Below, piece by piece: positions 10,564 to 20,996 of a stretch of DNA of 64,000 nucleotides. Below the pieces are notes generated by a model, which did not search any database, was not told the DNA's origin, and saw only the letters and a program-made list of their open reading frames with translations. A program made the translations under genes and the position numbers. The DNA comes from an uncultured Haloferula sp. Lineage in GTDB: Bacteria > Verrucomicrobiota > Verrucomicrobiia > Verrucomicrobiales > Akkermansiaceae. Location: positions 226,671 through 290,670 of the forward strand of contig CBFGTS010000005.1 of assembly GCA_965652295.1 (NCBI GenBank). The letters are read 5' to 3'. The first letter of the stretch is position 1. Every line of letters starts with the position of its first letter.

Positions 10564-13500
10564 ATGCGCAAACCCATCATCCACTGGCTGAAAACCCTGG
10601 CGCTGCTATGCGTCCTCGGCGTTTCCCAGCTGCACGCCTACACCCATCCCTGCATTCCGACCACCGTCGAGGAGCTGGACACCATCAAGGCCAACCTCGA
10701 CAAGGAGCCTTGGAAGTCCGGCTATGCCATCCTCTCAAACGCCAGCACGGCCCAGCTCACCTATGCCCCGAACGGCCCGTGGGCGGAAGTGGGCCGCACC
10801 CCTGACGTCAACCTCACCTATTGGAAGAATGACATGGTCGCCGTGTATGATCTGGCGCGCATGTGGTATTTCACTGGCAACAACGCCTATGCGCAGAAAG
10901 CCCGCGACCTCCTCATCGCTTGGGCGACCACGCATACGGCTTTCACCGGGCAGGAAATCCCGCTTTCGATCGGCGACTTCGCCCAGGCGTACGCCGGTGG
11001 CGCCAGCATCCTGCGCGGCACCTGGCCCGGATGGACGGAGGCCGACACCACCACGGTCAAAAACTACTTCCTGAACGTTTACTGGCCCAGGAGCCTCTGC
11101 AACGGCTACATCACCGGCCCCGCCAACAAAGGTTATATCTATCAGGCCGCCGGCATCGCCATCGCCGCTTTTTGTGACGACGTGGAAAAATTCAACCACG
11201 TCATCGACATTTACCGTGCCAACCCGCCTGCCGGCCTGATGAACACGCTGGCAACGGGCGAAATGGGTGAAACGGGCCGCGACGCCGGCCACCTCTACGG
11301 CGGCCTCATCAGCGCCGCCTTCCTCTCCGAAGTGGCATGGAAACAAGGCATCGACCTCTACTCCGAATCGGACAACCGGCTCCTCGCCTGCGCCGAATAC
11401 TACGCCCGCAACACCCTCGAATTGGACAATCCTTTCGTCCCCTTCGGCACCATCGATTGGCTCTATTATGCCAATGCGGCCGGACCATACACCGCCAATC
11501 GCGGCGCGCTTTACCTCATCCAAAACGCCTATAAGAACCGCAAAAACCTCCCAACACCGTGGATCGACCGGAAGCTCGAAGAACAGGGCATCGATGGCGG
11601 CAACTTCATGTATGCCAAGGCGGCGGATTTCAGCACCGCCACTCCACTGGCGACCGCTGTTCGCCCGGCGGTTTCCCTGGCATCGAGCGGCCTGACCCTG
11701 ACCACCCTCGGCACCCAGACCGCCGGACGCAGTGCCGCCTACTCCAATGGCGTGTGGACCGTGACCGGCCTCGGAAGCAACGTCTGGGCGGATACGGCCG
11801 ATGACTGCCAGTTTGTTTATAAAACCATGACCGGCGATTGCGCCATGGTCGCCCAAGTCACCTCGTCCCAATACACAAGCGGGCAAGCCAAGGCCGGATT
11901 GATGATCCGCGACACACTTACCAACACCTTTTCGAAGCGCGCCTGGATCGGGATCAAACCGGACCCCTCCGACATCCGGATCGAATCCCACTTTCGTGGC
12001 TGGACCGATGTCTGGGGCGGAAGCAACCGGGATGATATTTCGCGCAGCCATCCTCCCGGCATGCCCTACTGGCTCAAGATCGAACGCCGGGGCGACATGT
12101 TCAACACTTACACCTCGCTGGACGGCACCAGTTGGGCCGCCGCGCTCAGCTGCTACTACGCCAACCTCCCTTCCATGCTCCATATCGGACTGTTCGTGAC
12201 CAGCGGCTCGACCGCGACCAGCACCGCCACCTTCGCCAACGTCGCCTTCACCGGAGGAACCGGCGGCCTCGTGACGACTCCCGCCGCCCCGGCGACACTG
12301 TTCGCCACTGGCTCCAGCAAAGCCGTTAGCGTGCGCTGGCTGCCGTCCTTCGGCGCCACCGCCTACGACCTGCTCAGGTCCACCACCTCCGGCAGTGGCT
12401 ACACAACCATCGCCAGCAATCTAACTCCTGACAAAACCAGCTACACGGACACGGCTGTAAGCGCTGGCACCACCTACTACTATGTGGCCCGCGCGAAAAA
12501 CTCCGCCGGCACCAGTGGCAATTCACCGCAGTTCTACGCCACGCTGCTTCCCGCGCCTCTGGTCAACCTCGCCTTTGGCGGCACGGCCACCGACAGCGGC
12601 AACTCGGTCCCATGGAATTCCGCGAACGGCTTCGACCAGAACCCCGGCTCCCTCTGGTTTCACGGAGGAACGACCGGCTGGCTACAATATGACTTCGGCG
12701 CGGGCAACGCGCAGGTGGTCAAGCGCTACACCGTCACCGCCGGCAACGTGAACATCCCCGCGCGCGACCCGAAGAACTGGCAGTTCCAAGGCTCCAATGA
12801 CGGCACCAACTGGACCACTCTCGACACGCAGAGCAACCAGGCCTTCACCATTAGGATGCAGCAGAAGACGTATAACCTCGGCAATACCACCGCCTACCGT
12901 TACTACCGGTTCAACGTCACCGCCAACAACGGCGACAGCACCTTCACGCACCTCGGCGACATCGGTCTGTGGAACGCCACCGGCCGCACCGTCCCCGACG
13001 GCCGCTACGCCCTTGTCAGCCGCAAGAGCAACAAGGTCATGGGCACCACCGGCGGCGGCACTGCCAATGGCACCGCGCTCGACCAGTGGAGCTACTCCGG
13101 TTCCGACAGCCAAAAGTGGGACCTCACCCACCTCGGCAGCGGGCAATATCAAATCACCGGTGTCGCCAGCGGCCGGGTGATGGATGTGGCGGGCATCAGC
13201 ACTGCCAACGGCGCGCAGATCCACCTCTGGGACTGGCTGAACGGCAACAACCAGAAATGGACGGTTACTCCGGCTGGCGACGAGAGATTCAAGCTCACCG
13301 CCGTCCATAGCGGCAAGGTGGCCGACGTCACCGCCGGCAGCACCGCCAACGGCGCCAAGATCATCCAGTGGTCCTACCTCGGAGCCGACAACCAGCAGTG
13401 GATCCTCGCTCCGTTCTCAACGACGGCGACCCTCCGTCTGCAATCGCACAACTTCCCGACCCGCTACATCCGCCATTCCAGCTATCGCGCCCGGATCGAC

Positions 13501-13839
13501 GAGAATGTTTCTCCCGTTGGGGACTCCCAATTCCGGGTCAGGATCGGCCTGACAAACGCCGCCGGGGTGTCGTTCGAATCCGCGAACTACGCCGGCTACT
13601 ACCTGCGGGTGCGTACGAACGGAGAAGTGTGGGTGGACAAAAACGACAACACCGCCGCCTTCCGCGACAGTGCCACCTTCGAGCGGGTGCCCGGATTGGC
13701 CGATTCGAGCAAATCCTCATTCCGCATGTGGACCGACTCAACCCGCTACCTCCGCCACTACGCTTACCTGATGGTCGCGCAAAGCGGATCCGGATCGGCC
13801 TTCAACGCCGACGCCACCTTTGCGGAAATCCAACCATAA
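10564..13839 (+). CDS. Secreted alginate-lyase-like (alpha/alpha) domain protein with ConA-like, Fn3, discoidin, ricin-B lectin and AbfB/CBM42-like domains
   Basis: Signal peptide; HPCIP, ETGRDAGH motif; QxW ricin repeats (NNQKW, DNQQW); C-terminal LQSHNFPTRYIRH...DATF. Confidence 0.8.
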   Translation: MRKPIIHWLKTLALLCVLGVSQLHAYTHPCIPTTVEELDTIKANLDKEPWKSGYAILSNASTAQLTYAPNGPWAEVGRTPDVNLTYWKNDMVAVYDLARMWYFTGNNAYAQKARDLLIAWATTHTAFTGQEIPLSIGDFAQAYAGGASILRGTWPGWTEADTTTVKNYFLNVYWPRSLCNGYITGPANKGYIYQAAGIAIAAFCDDVEKFNHVIDIYRANPPAGLMNTLATGEMGETGRDAGHLYGGLISAAFLSEVAWKQGIDLYSESDNRLLACAEYYARNTLELDNPFVPFGTIDWLYYANAAGPYTANRGALYLIQNAYKNRKNLPTPWIDRKLEEQGIDGGNFMYAKAADFSTATPLATAVRPAVSLASSGLTLTTLGTQTAGRSAAYSNGVWTVTGLGSNVWADTADDCQFVYKTMTGDCAMVAQVTSSQYTSGQAKAGLMIRDTLTNTFSKRAWIGIKPDPSDIRIESHFRGWTDVWGGSNRDDISRSHPPGMPYWLKIERRGDMFNTYTSLDGTSWAAALSCYYANLPSMLHIGLFVTSGSTATSTATFANVAFTGGTGGLVTTPAAPATLFATGSSKAVSVRWLPSFGATAYDLLRSTTSGSGYTTIASNLTPDKTSYTDTAVSAGTTYYYVARAKNSAGTSGNSPQFYATLLPAPLVNLAFGGTATDSGNSVPWNSANGFDQNPGSLWFHGGTTGWLQYDFGAGNAQVVKRYTVTAGNVNIPARDPKNWQFQGSNDGTNWTTLDTQSNQAFTIRMQQKTYNLGNTTAYRYYRFNVTANNGDSTFTHLGDIGLWNATGRTVPDGRYALVSRKSNKVMGTTGGGTANGTALDQWSYSGSDSQKWDLTHLGSGQYQITGVASGRVMDVAGISTANGAQIHLWDWLNGNNQKWTVTPAGDERFKLTAVHSGKVADVTAGSTANGAKIIQWSYLGADNQQWILAPFSTTATLRLQSHNFPTRYIRHSSYRARIDENVSPVGDSQFRVRIGLTNAAGVSFESANYAGYYLRVRTNGEVWVDKNDNTAAFRDSATFERVPGLADSSKSSFRMWTDSTRYLRHYAYLMVAQSGSGSAFNADATFAEIQP

Positions 13840-13871
13840 ATCACGGAAACCGCAGGGACTTGCGACACCCG

Positions 13872-13907
13872 CGCCGCCGCCAACTTCACTGGCGGCGGCG
13901 TTTTTTT
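13872..13907 (+). terminator. Rho-independent terminator
   Basis: CGCCGCCGCCA/TGGCGGCGGCG stem + T7. Confidence 0.85.
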
Positions 13908-13920
13908 ATCCTGGATACAA

Positions 13921-14110
13921 TAATGGAACCGACGACGAACACAACCGAGCGCAGCGAGATGGACGAACACTTCGATTCAAAAACTGAGTCAAGTTCACAC
14001 AAATATCAAAAGGGTTGAGCCGGTTTGCCGATTCACCTTCAGGGTTACCCTCAAACTCTGCCCAAAGCTCTTAAAATCAGCGTTCATCTGCGTCCATCCG
14101 CGGTTCATTT
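13921..14110. repeat. REP/MITE-like element, copy 1
   Basis: Right end CTCTTAAAATCAGCGTTCATCTGCGTCCATCCGCGGTTCATTT resembles 21996-22028 and the reverse complement of 21903-21936; left boundary approximate. Confidence 0.5.
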
Positions 14111-14177
14111 CTTTTCCCAGGTTTTTGCGGCCCGGAGTGGGACAAAAGCCCGGTCGTCCACGTTCCATCCTGCCGCC

Positions 14178-14193
14178 ACTTAACCGGAAAAGC
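14178..14193. promoter_or_regulatory. Candidate LacI-family operator ACTTAACCGGAAAAGC
   Basis: Variant of the motif at 4822, 9562 and 47150. Confidence 0.45.
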
Positions 14194-14286
14194 CACCAAA
14201 CCCTTGCCCTAGGAAACGATTCTCAGCAGAAAATCGTTAATTGATCCATAGGATCCAAAAAACAGCCTACTAAAATCCTAAAAACC

Positions 14287-14643
14287 ATGTCCCGACACAT
14301 CACCACCTGGGTGATGTCCTTGGCGCTTCTTTGCGTTCTCGGACTGTCCCAAGCGCAGGCCTTCACCCATCCCTGCATCCCGAACACCCTTGAGGAGCTG
14401 GACACCATCAAGGCCAACCTCGACAAGGAACCTTGGAAGTCCGGCTACGCCGTGCTCGCGGCCGATGGGCGCTCCCAGCTCGGCTACGCCCTGGCCTACG
14501 GCGGCGGCGCCAGCATCCTCCGCGGCACATGGCCCGGACGGACGCAGCAGGACACCCACATCGTCAAGGACTGCGTCGAAATCGAATCAACAAAACCGAT
14601 ACGCTCTCATGAGGCGTATCGCCCATTTTCCATGCATGCGTAA
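14287..14643 (+). pseudogene. Truncated, internally deleted paralogue of the 10564 lyase-like gene
   Basis: THPCIP..EELDTIKANLDKEPWKSGYA and AYxGGASILRGTWPG match 10564, with ~70 codons missing between them and the rest absent. Confidence 0.8.
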
Positions 14644-14682
14644 CCACCACGAAACCAAACCCAACAGCACCCTGAATTACCC

Positions 14683-17600
14683 ATGAATCTCATCCGAATC
14701 TCATTAAGATGTTTCGCATCGCGACTCCTTTCGAATTTATCCGGTCGGGTAGTCAACCACTTGGCAACCGATCGAGAGACTGTTCGAAAGACTGTGCCAT
14801 CTCTCGCGGTCGTTTTCGCCGGCTTGAGCCTGATGATGCTCGCGCCATTGGCGCAAGCGCAGTTCGTCCACCCGGGCGCCCTGTCGACACAGGCGGATCT
14901 GGACCGCATGGCGGCTAAGGTCGCCGCGGCGGAGCAGCCGTGGCAAGGCGGTTGGGACATTCTGGTGGGCAATGAAGGGTTTTACATGGGCGGCCCGGAA
15001 GCCGTGCCAACTGTTTTCGTCGATTCAGGAAACGGCGGAAACACTTACATGAGTTTGGCGCGCGACTCCCACCGGGCATATCAAGCCGCGTTGCGTTATC
15101 ATGGCACGGGCGACACGACCTATGCGGACCACGCGGTTCAAATCATGAACGCCTGGGCCTCCACGCACACGGCATGGGACGGCAACACGAATGTCGCCCT
15201 GCGGTCCGGTCTCTACGGCTATGCGTTTGCCTGCGCCGGTGAATTGATGCGCGGCTACAGTGGCTGGGATCCGGCGGATTTCGCGGCGTTCCAACAGTAT
15301 ATGCTCACCCAATTCTATCCTCTCAATTCCGGGTTTCTCAACGATCTGGTCGGATTCTGTTGGAGTCACTACTGGGCGAACTGGACCCTGGCGAACCTGG
15401 CTTCGATGACGGCCATCGGGGTTTTGTGCGACGATCAGGCGATTTTCGATGAGGCCCTGAACCACTTCTTGGCCGGCGTCCACACCGGTGGGATCGAACA
15501 TGCGGTCTATCACGTTCATCCCAATGGTCTGGGCCAATGGCAGGAAAGCGGCCGTGACCAGGGACACGCCCAGATGGGTCCGCAGTTGATCGGCGTCGTC
15601 TGTGAAATCGCCTGGAACCAAGGCTACGACCTTTACGGCCACATGAACAACCGCGTCCTCGCGGGTGTCGAATACGTCTCGAAATACAATACGCATCACG
15701 CCGTACCGTTCGCCGCCTATGCGAACTGCGATTACGCCGTATGGCCGTACACCTATCGTTTTTATCAAAAAGCCGTCGCAGGGTGGCCCTCCGGCGGAGG
15801 TCGTCCCGGCTGGGATCTGATTTACAACCACTACGTCAACCGCATGGGCATCGCCGCGCCTTACACGGCGCAATACGCCGCACTGACCCGTCCCGAGGGG
15901 GGCGGAAGCAATTACGGCGGCAACAGCGGCGGCTTCGATGGTCTGGGCTTCACCACGCTGACGCACAGCCGCGATCCGATCGCTGGCGCCGTGCCGGGCG
16001 CGCTGCGGCCTTACGTGCAGGGGCGTCAAATCACGCTCTCCTGGGCGGGATCGGCCCATGCCGAAAGCTACAACGTCAAGCGCTCCACGACCAGCGGCGG
16101 GCCTTACACCACGCTGGGCAAGGGTGATGGCAAGAGCTTGTTCTTCGTCGATCCGGGCCTGACGGCGGGAACGACTTATTACTACGTCGTCTCAGCCAAC
16201 AATCCCGGCGGCGAAAGCGTCAACTCCGCCGAAGCGGCCGCCACGGCGGACGGTCACCTTTTTGGGACGGTCATCGGTTCGGACGGTTCGTTTGACCATT
16301 GCGGCGCCACCAGGGAAATCCTCTTCGACGGCGCGCTTGTGAACTTCATCGATATCGGTGCGTCCGGCGGTGCCTGGGCCGGGCTGGACCTGGGATCGGG
16401 CGTCAGCGCGGTGATCACGGGCGTGAAGTATTGCCCCCGCAAAGGGGCCGCCAACGCCATGGTCGGCGGCAAATTCCAGGCCTCGAACACCGCCGACTTC
16501 AGTGGCGACGTCGTCGATTTGTTCACCATCACCACCGAGCCAACCGAAGGCATGCTCACTTCCCAGGCCGTCGACAGCGGCTCGGCCTACCGCTACGTCC
16601 GCTACATCCAGCCCACGAAGAACGGCTGGAACACCGCGGCGGAGGTGCAATTCCTCGGGACCGCCAGCGGCCAGAGCGCCCCGTCAACGCCGGTCGTGGA
16701 CACCAGCCTTGTGAACGGGCTTCAGATCGATCTCTTGTTGGACGGCATCAGCGGCATTCCGGGCGTGGGAGGCTATCGAATCAAGCGTTCCACCACTCCC
16801 GGCGGACCCTACGTCGTTTGGGGGGACGTCAATACAGGCTACGGCGATACGACAAAATTCAGCGATTCCGAAACCGAGATGGGTTCGACCTACTATTATG
16901 TCGTCAGCGCCTACAATCAGCTCGGCGAAAGCGCCGATTCCGCCGAGGTCTCCGTCTCGACGCTGCCGACGGGCCCCCAACTGATGACCCATCTCAAGAT
17001 GAGCGGGAATGTCGCCGACAGTTCGGGTTATAACTTTTATGCCGGCACGGTTGGCTCCCCCGAATTTCCCGGAGGGGGATATGTCGGCTCGGCGATCGAC
17101 TTGGACGGCGTGGACGACTTCGTGACGTTGCAACCCCGCGTCGCCAATTCCGAGGACATCACGGTCGCCGCCTGGGTCAACTGGGACGGCGGTGCCGCCT
17201 GGCAGCGCATCTTCGACTTCGGCACGGGCACGTGGTCGTACCTGTACCTGACTCCGAGCAGTGGTGACGGCAAGCTCCGCTTCGGGATCAAAAACACTGC
17301 GGGCGAACAAACCGTCGAGACCTCCGCGCTCACCGTGGGAACATGGACGCACGTGGCGGTGACGCTGAGCGGCGACATGGCGACACTATACGTCAACGGC
17401 TCTCCGGCGGCATCGAATCCCTCCGTGACGATCAACCCGACGGACTTTAAACCGTGGGTCAATAACATCGGCAAGAGTCAGTGGCCCGCCGATCCCCGAT
17501 TCAACGGTCGCATCGACGAATTCCGCGTTTACAACTACGCGTTGTCGGCCGGAGATGTGGCCGCCTTGGCCGCCCAGTCCACAGAGGCAACTCCGCCCGT

Positions 17601-20600
17601 GGCTCCCGCGGGACTGAACACGATCGTTGGCGACGGAACGGTCAACCTCGACTGGGCGGACAACGGCGAATCCGATTTCGCGTCCTACACCGTCTATCGC
17701 TCGACCACCAGCGGCAGCGGCTACAGCGCGATCGCCTCTGGACTGACCGCGAGCGCCTACACCGACAATACCGTTTCGAACGGCGTGACCTATTACTACT
17801 TCGTGACCGCTGTCGATACGAGCGGCGGAGAATCAACCGACGGCAACGAGGTCTCAGCCCTTCCACAAGGGGCCTCGCTCACCCGCTACGATCTGGAGGG
17901 CGACACGCTTGACAGTTCGGGCAACGGCAACCACGCGACCGCGACCGGATCGCCGACTTTTGTCGCGGGCCAGATCGGCCAGGCGATCGACCTCGACGGC
18001 GTGGACGATTATGTCACGATCCCGTCCGGCGTGGTCAGCGGCGTGGATAGCCTCACCGTCGCCACATGGGTCAACTGGGACGGCGGCGGCAATTGGCAGC
18101 GAATCTTCGACTTCGGTGACAGCACGAGCCGGTACATGTTCCTCTCGCCCAGTTCGGGAGGCAACACGTTGCGCTTTGCGATCAGCAACGGCAAAGGTGA
18201 GAAGATCACCGAAACCACTGCGCTGGCGACTGGGACGTGGGTCCACGTGGCCGTGACGCTCAACGTCTTCACGACGACGCTGTACGTAAACGGCGTGGCG
18301 GTCGCGACCAACGACGCCTCCATCAATCCGACCGGCTTCGATTTCACGCCGTTGAACAACTACATCGGCAAGAGCCAGTTCTCCGATCCGCTGTTCAACG
18401 GCCGGATCGATGACTTCCGCATCTACAACTACGCGCTGACGGCCTCGCAGATCAACGACGTCATGCAGGGCAGCGACACCCTGCCTCCGGCCGCGCCCAC
18501 AGGTCTCGGTGCCACCGCGGGCGACAGCAGCGTCTCGCTTGACTGGGCCGACAACGGAGAACCGGACTTCGCCAGCTACACCGTTTACCGCTCCACCACC
18601 AGCGGCAGCGGCTACGCCAGCATCGCCACCGGCCTGACCACCAGCGCCTACACGGACGATACTGTCATCGGTGGAGCCACCTACCACTACGTCGTGACCG
18701 CAGTGGACACCGCCTCCAACGAGTCCGCAAACAGCGCGGAAGCCTCCGCCACTCCGACTCTCGCCGCACCCGGGAAGGTCACCGCGACGTCTGAAGAGGG
18801 ACAGATCCTGATTTCCTGGTCCGCCTCCGCGAGCGCGGATACCTACGACGTTCTGCGCTCGACCAGTCCCAACGGGCCCTTCACCGCGATCGCCACCGGC
18901 CTCACCGGCACGAGCTACGGGGATACGAGCGCGCTGCCGGGCTGGACCTACTACTACGCCGTCTCGGCCAGCAATTCCTTCGGCCAGAGCGAGAGTTCCA
19001 CGAGCACTACGACCACCGCCGCAGCCGCCGCCATCAGCTGGCTCAAGCTGGATGAAACCAGCGGCACCACCGCCGCGGATGCCAGCGGCAACAACAACGC
19101 CGGCACGCTCGTCAACAGCCCGGCGTGGATCGGCGGGAAAACCGGCAACGCGCTCGTCCTCAACGGCACGAACCAATACGCCACCCTGCCGAACGGCATC
19201 ACCTCGAACCTCCACGACTTCACGGTCAGCGCGTGGGTCTACTGGAACGGCGGCGGCAACTGGCAGCGCGTCTTCGACTTCGGCAGCGGAACTTCCGTCA
19301 ACATGTTCCTCACACCGAAGAACGGCGCGAACGGAAACCTCCGCTTCGCCATCACGACAAGCGGTGGAGCGGGGGAGCAGCGTATCGACGGCACCGCCGC
19401 GCTGACAAGCGGCGGTTGGCACCATGTCGCCGTCACGCTCTCCGGCACGACCGGCACGCTTTACGTCGATGGCCAGCAGGTCGGGCAAAACACCGGCATG
19501 ACCCTGCGTCCGTCGGACCTCGGTGCGACCACGCAAAACCGCATCGGCCGCTCGCAATACAACGACCCGTATTTCAACGGCCGCCTCGATGACTTCCGGG
19601 TTTACGCCGGCGCGCTCAGCGCTGCGGAAATCTCCGCGCTCGCCGCACCGATCCAGACCACCGGCCTCGCGGCCACCGGCGGCTCCGGTCAGGTCGGCCT
19701 CACGTGGAACGCCACCACCGGCGCATCGAGCTACACCGTCCGCCGCGCCTCCACCAGCGGCGGCGCCTACACGGCGATCGCACCCGGCGTGACCGACACG
19801 AGCTACACCGATACCGGCCTGGCCGACGGCACCACCTACTACTACGTCGTCACGCCGGCCGATGGTGCGAACTCGGCGGAAGTCGCCGCGCTCACCATTC
19901 CCGCCGCTCCGGAAAATATCGTCGCCTCCTCGACTGACGGAGAGGTTTCGCTCGGCTGGGATGCTTCGACCGGCGCGACCGGCTACGACGTCCTCCGCGG
20001 CACCAGCCCCGGCGGTGCCTACACGACGATCGCCACCGGCGTGACCGGCACGTCCTACATCGACACGACGGCGCTTGCCGGCACGATCTATTACTATGCC
20101 ATCGCCGCCACCAATGGCTCCGGCTCCAGCACCGGCAGCACAGAAGTGAACGCGCTCACCGCGCCCGACGCCCCAAGCGGCCTCGCCGCCACGGCGGACA
20201 ACGGCCAGGTGTCCCTCCTCTGGAACACCTCCACCGGCGCTGACAGCTACAACGTGCTCCGTTCCACCACCAGCGGCAGCGGATACACCACCGTGGCCAC
20301 CGGCCTCACCGGCACGAGTTACATCGACACCGGGCTCACCAATGGCACCGCCTACTACTACGTCGTCACCGCCACCAACTCCGGTGGAACCAGTGCCAAC
20401 TCGACCGAGGCAAACGCGACACCCGTCGCCCTGCCGAGCCCATGGGCGACCTCCGACGTCGGCACAACCGGAGCCACCGGAAGCGCCAGCCGCGACCCGA
20501 ACGGGCTCTTCACCATCGCCGGTGCCGGCTCGGACATCTGGGGAAGCAGTGATGCCTTCCGCTACGTCTATCAGACTGCCACCGGAGATTGCGACATCAC

Positions 20601-20982
20601 CGCGCGCGTCACCGCGATCGAGGACACCCACACCTGGGCGAAGTCCGGCGTGATGATCCGAGAAACTCTGGCAACCGGTTCCCGCCATGCCATGACGGTC
20701 GTTACCCCCGGCAAAGGAGTCTCCTTCCAACGCCGCACCACGACCAACGGCAATTCGGCCCACACTACCACCAGCGGCCCTGCCGCTCCTCACTGGGTGC
20801 GCCTTACGCGGGTGGGCGACGTGTTCACGGCCTATCACTCCGCCGACGGCACGAACTGGACCAGCATGGGCTCGGAAACGATCACCATGGGCACCAGCGT
20901 TTACATCGGCCTGCCGGTCACCAGCCACTCTCAGGGCACGCTCTGCACCGCAACGTTCGACAACGTCACGGCCGCTCCCTGA
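14683..20982 (+). CDS. Very large secreted alginate-lyase-like protein with discoidin-like, multiple Fn3, three LamG and a terminal ConA-like domain
   Basis: QFVHPGALST, YWANW, GLGQWQESGRDQGH; three WQRI/VFDFG LamG motifs; many GTTYYYVV Fn3 motifs. Confidence 0.85.
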   Translation: MNLIRISLRCFASRLLSNLSGRVVNHLATDRETVRKTVPSLAVVFAGLSLMMLAPLAQAQFVHPGALSTQADLDRMAAKVAAAEQPWQGGWDILVGNEGFYMGGPEAVPTVFVDSGNGGNTYMSLARDSHRAYQAALRYHGTGDTTYADHAVQIMNAWASTHTAWDGNTNVALRSGLYGYAFACAGELMRGYSGWDPADFAAFQQYMLTQFYPLNSGFLNDLVGFCWSHYWANWTLANLASMTAIGVLCDDQAIFDEALNHFLAGVHTGGIEHAVYHVHPNGLGQWQESGRDQGHAQMGPQLIGVVCEIAWNQGYDLYGHMNNRVLAGVEYVSKYNTHHAVPFAAYANCDYAVWPYTYRFYQKAVAGWPSGGGRPGWDLIYNHYVNRMGIAAPYTAQYAALTRPEGGGSNYGGNSGGFDGLGFTTLTHSRDPIAGAVPGALRPYVQGRQITLSWAGSAHAESYNVKRSTTSGGPYTTLGKGDGKSLFFVDPGLTAGTTYYYVVSANNPGGESVNSAEAAATADGHLFGTVIGSDGSFDHCGATREILFDGALVNFIDIGASGGAWAGLDLGSGVSAVITGVKYCPRKGAANAMVGGKFQASNTADFSGDVVDLFTITTEPTEGMLTSQAVDSGSAYRYVRYIQPTKNGWNTAAEVQFLGTASGQSAPSTPVVDTSLVNGLQIDLLLDGISGIPGVGGYRIKRSTTPGGPYVVWGDVNTGYGDTTKFSDSETEMGSTYYYVVSAYNQLGESADSAEVSVSTLPTGPQLMTHLKMSGNVADSSGYNFYAGTVGSPEFPGGGYVGSAIDLDGVDDFVTLQPRVANSEDITVAAWVNWDGGAAWQRIFDFGTGTWSYLYLTPSSGDGKLRFGIKNTAGEQTVETSALTVGTWTHVAVTLSGDMATLYVNGSPAASNPSVTINPTDFKPWVNNIGKSQWPADPRFNGRIDEFRVYNYALSAGDVAALAAQSTEATPPVAPAGLNTIVGDGTVNLDWADNGESDFASYTVYRSTTSGSGYSAIASGLTASAYTDNTVSNGVTYYYFVTAVDTSGGESTDGNEVSALPQGASLTRYDLEGDTLDSSGNGNHATATGSPTFVAGQIGQAIDLDGVDDYVTIPSGVVSGVDSLTVATWVNWDGGGNWQRIFDFGDSTSRYMFLSPSSGGNTLRFAISNGKGEKITETTALATGTWVHVAVTLNVFTTTLYVNGVAVATNDASINPTGFDFTPLNNYIGKSQFSDPLFNGRIDDFRIYNYALTASQINDVMQGSDTLPPAAPTGLGATAGDSSVSLDWADNGEPDFASYTVYRSTTSGSGYASIATGLTTSAYTDDTVIGGATYHYVVTAVDTASNESANSAEASATPTLAAPGKVTATSEEGQILISWSASASADTYDVLRSTSPNGPFTAIATGLTGTSYGDTSALPGWTYYYAVSASNSFGQSESSTSTTTTAAAAAISWLKLDETSGTTAADASGNNNAGTLVNSPAWIGGKTGNALVLNGTNQYATLPNGITSNLHDFTVSAWVYWNGGGNWQRVFDFGSGTSVNMFLTPKNGANGNLRFAITTSGGAGEQRIDGTAALTSGGWHHVAVTLSGTTGTLYVDGQQVGQNTGMTLRPSDLGATTQNRIGRSQYNDPYFNGRLDDFRVYAGALSAAEISALAAPIQTTGLAATGGSGQVGLTWNATTGASSYTVRRASTSGGAYTAIAPGVTDTSYTDTGLADGTTYYYVVTPADGANSAEVAALTIPAAPENIVASSTDGEVSLGWDASTGATGYDVLRGTSPGGAYTTIATGVTGTSYIDTTALAGTIYYYAIAATNGSGSSTGSTEVNALTAPDAPSGLAATADNGQVSLLWNTSTGADSYNVLRSTTSGSGYTTVATGLTGTSYIDTGLTNGTAYYYVVTATNSGGTSANSTEANATPVALPSPWATSDVGTTGATGSASRDPNGLFTIAGAGSDIWGSSDAFRYVYQTATGDCDITARVTAIEDTHTWAKSGVMIRETLATGSRHAMTVVTPGKGVSFQRRTTTNGNSAHTTTSGPAAPHWVRLTRVGDVFTAYHSADGTNWTSMGSETITMGTSVYIGLPVTSHSQGTLCTATFDNVTAAP

Positions 20983-20996
20983 CCTGAACCACTACC

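Noticed and set aside
17854..20928. Long antisense ORFs (also 938-3013, 28331-29863, 45269-47050, 48710-50272)
   Set aside because: Shadows of high-GC codon bias opposite clear genes; no motifs
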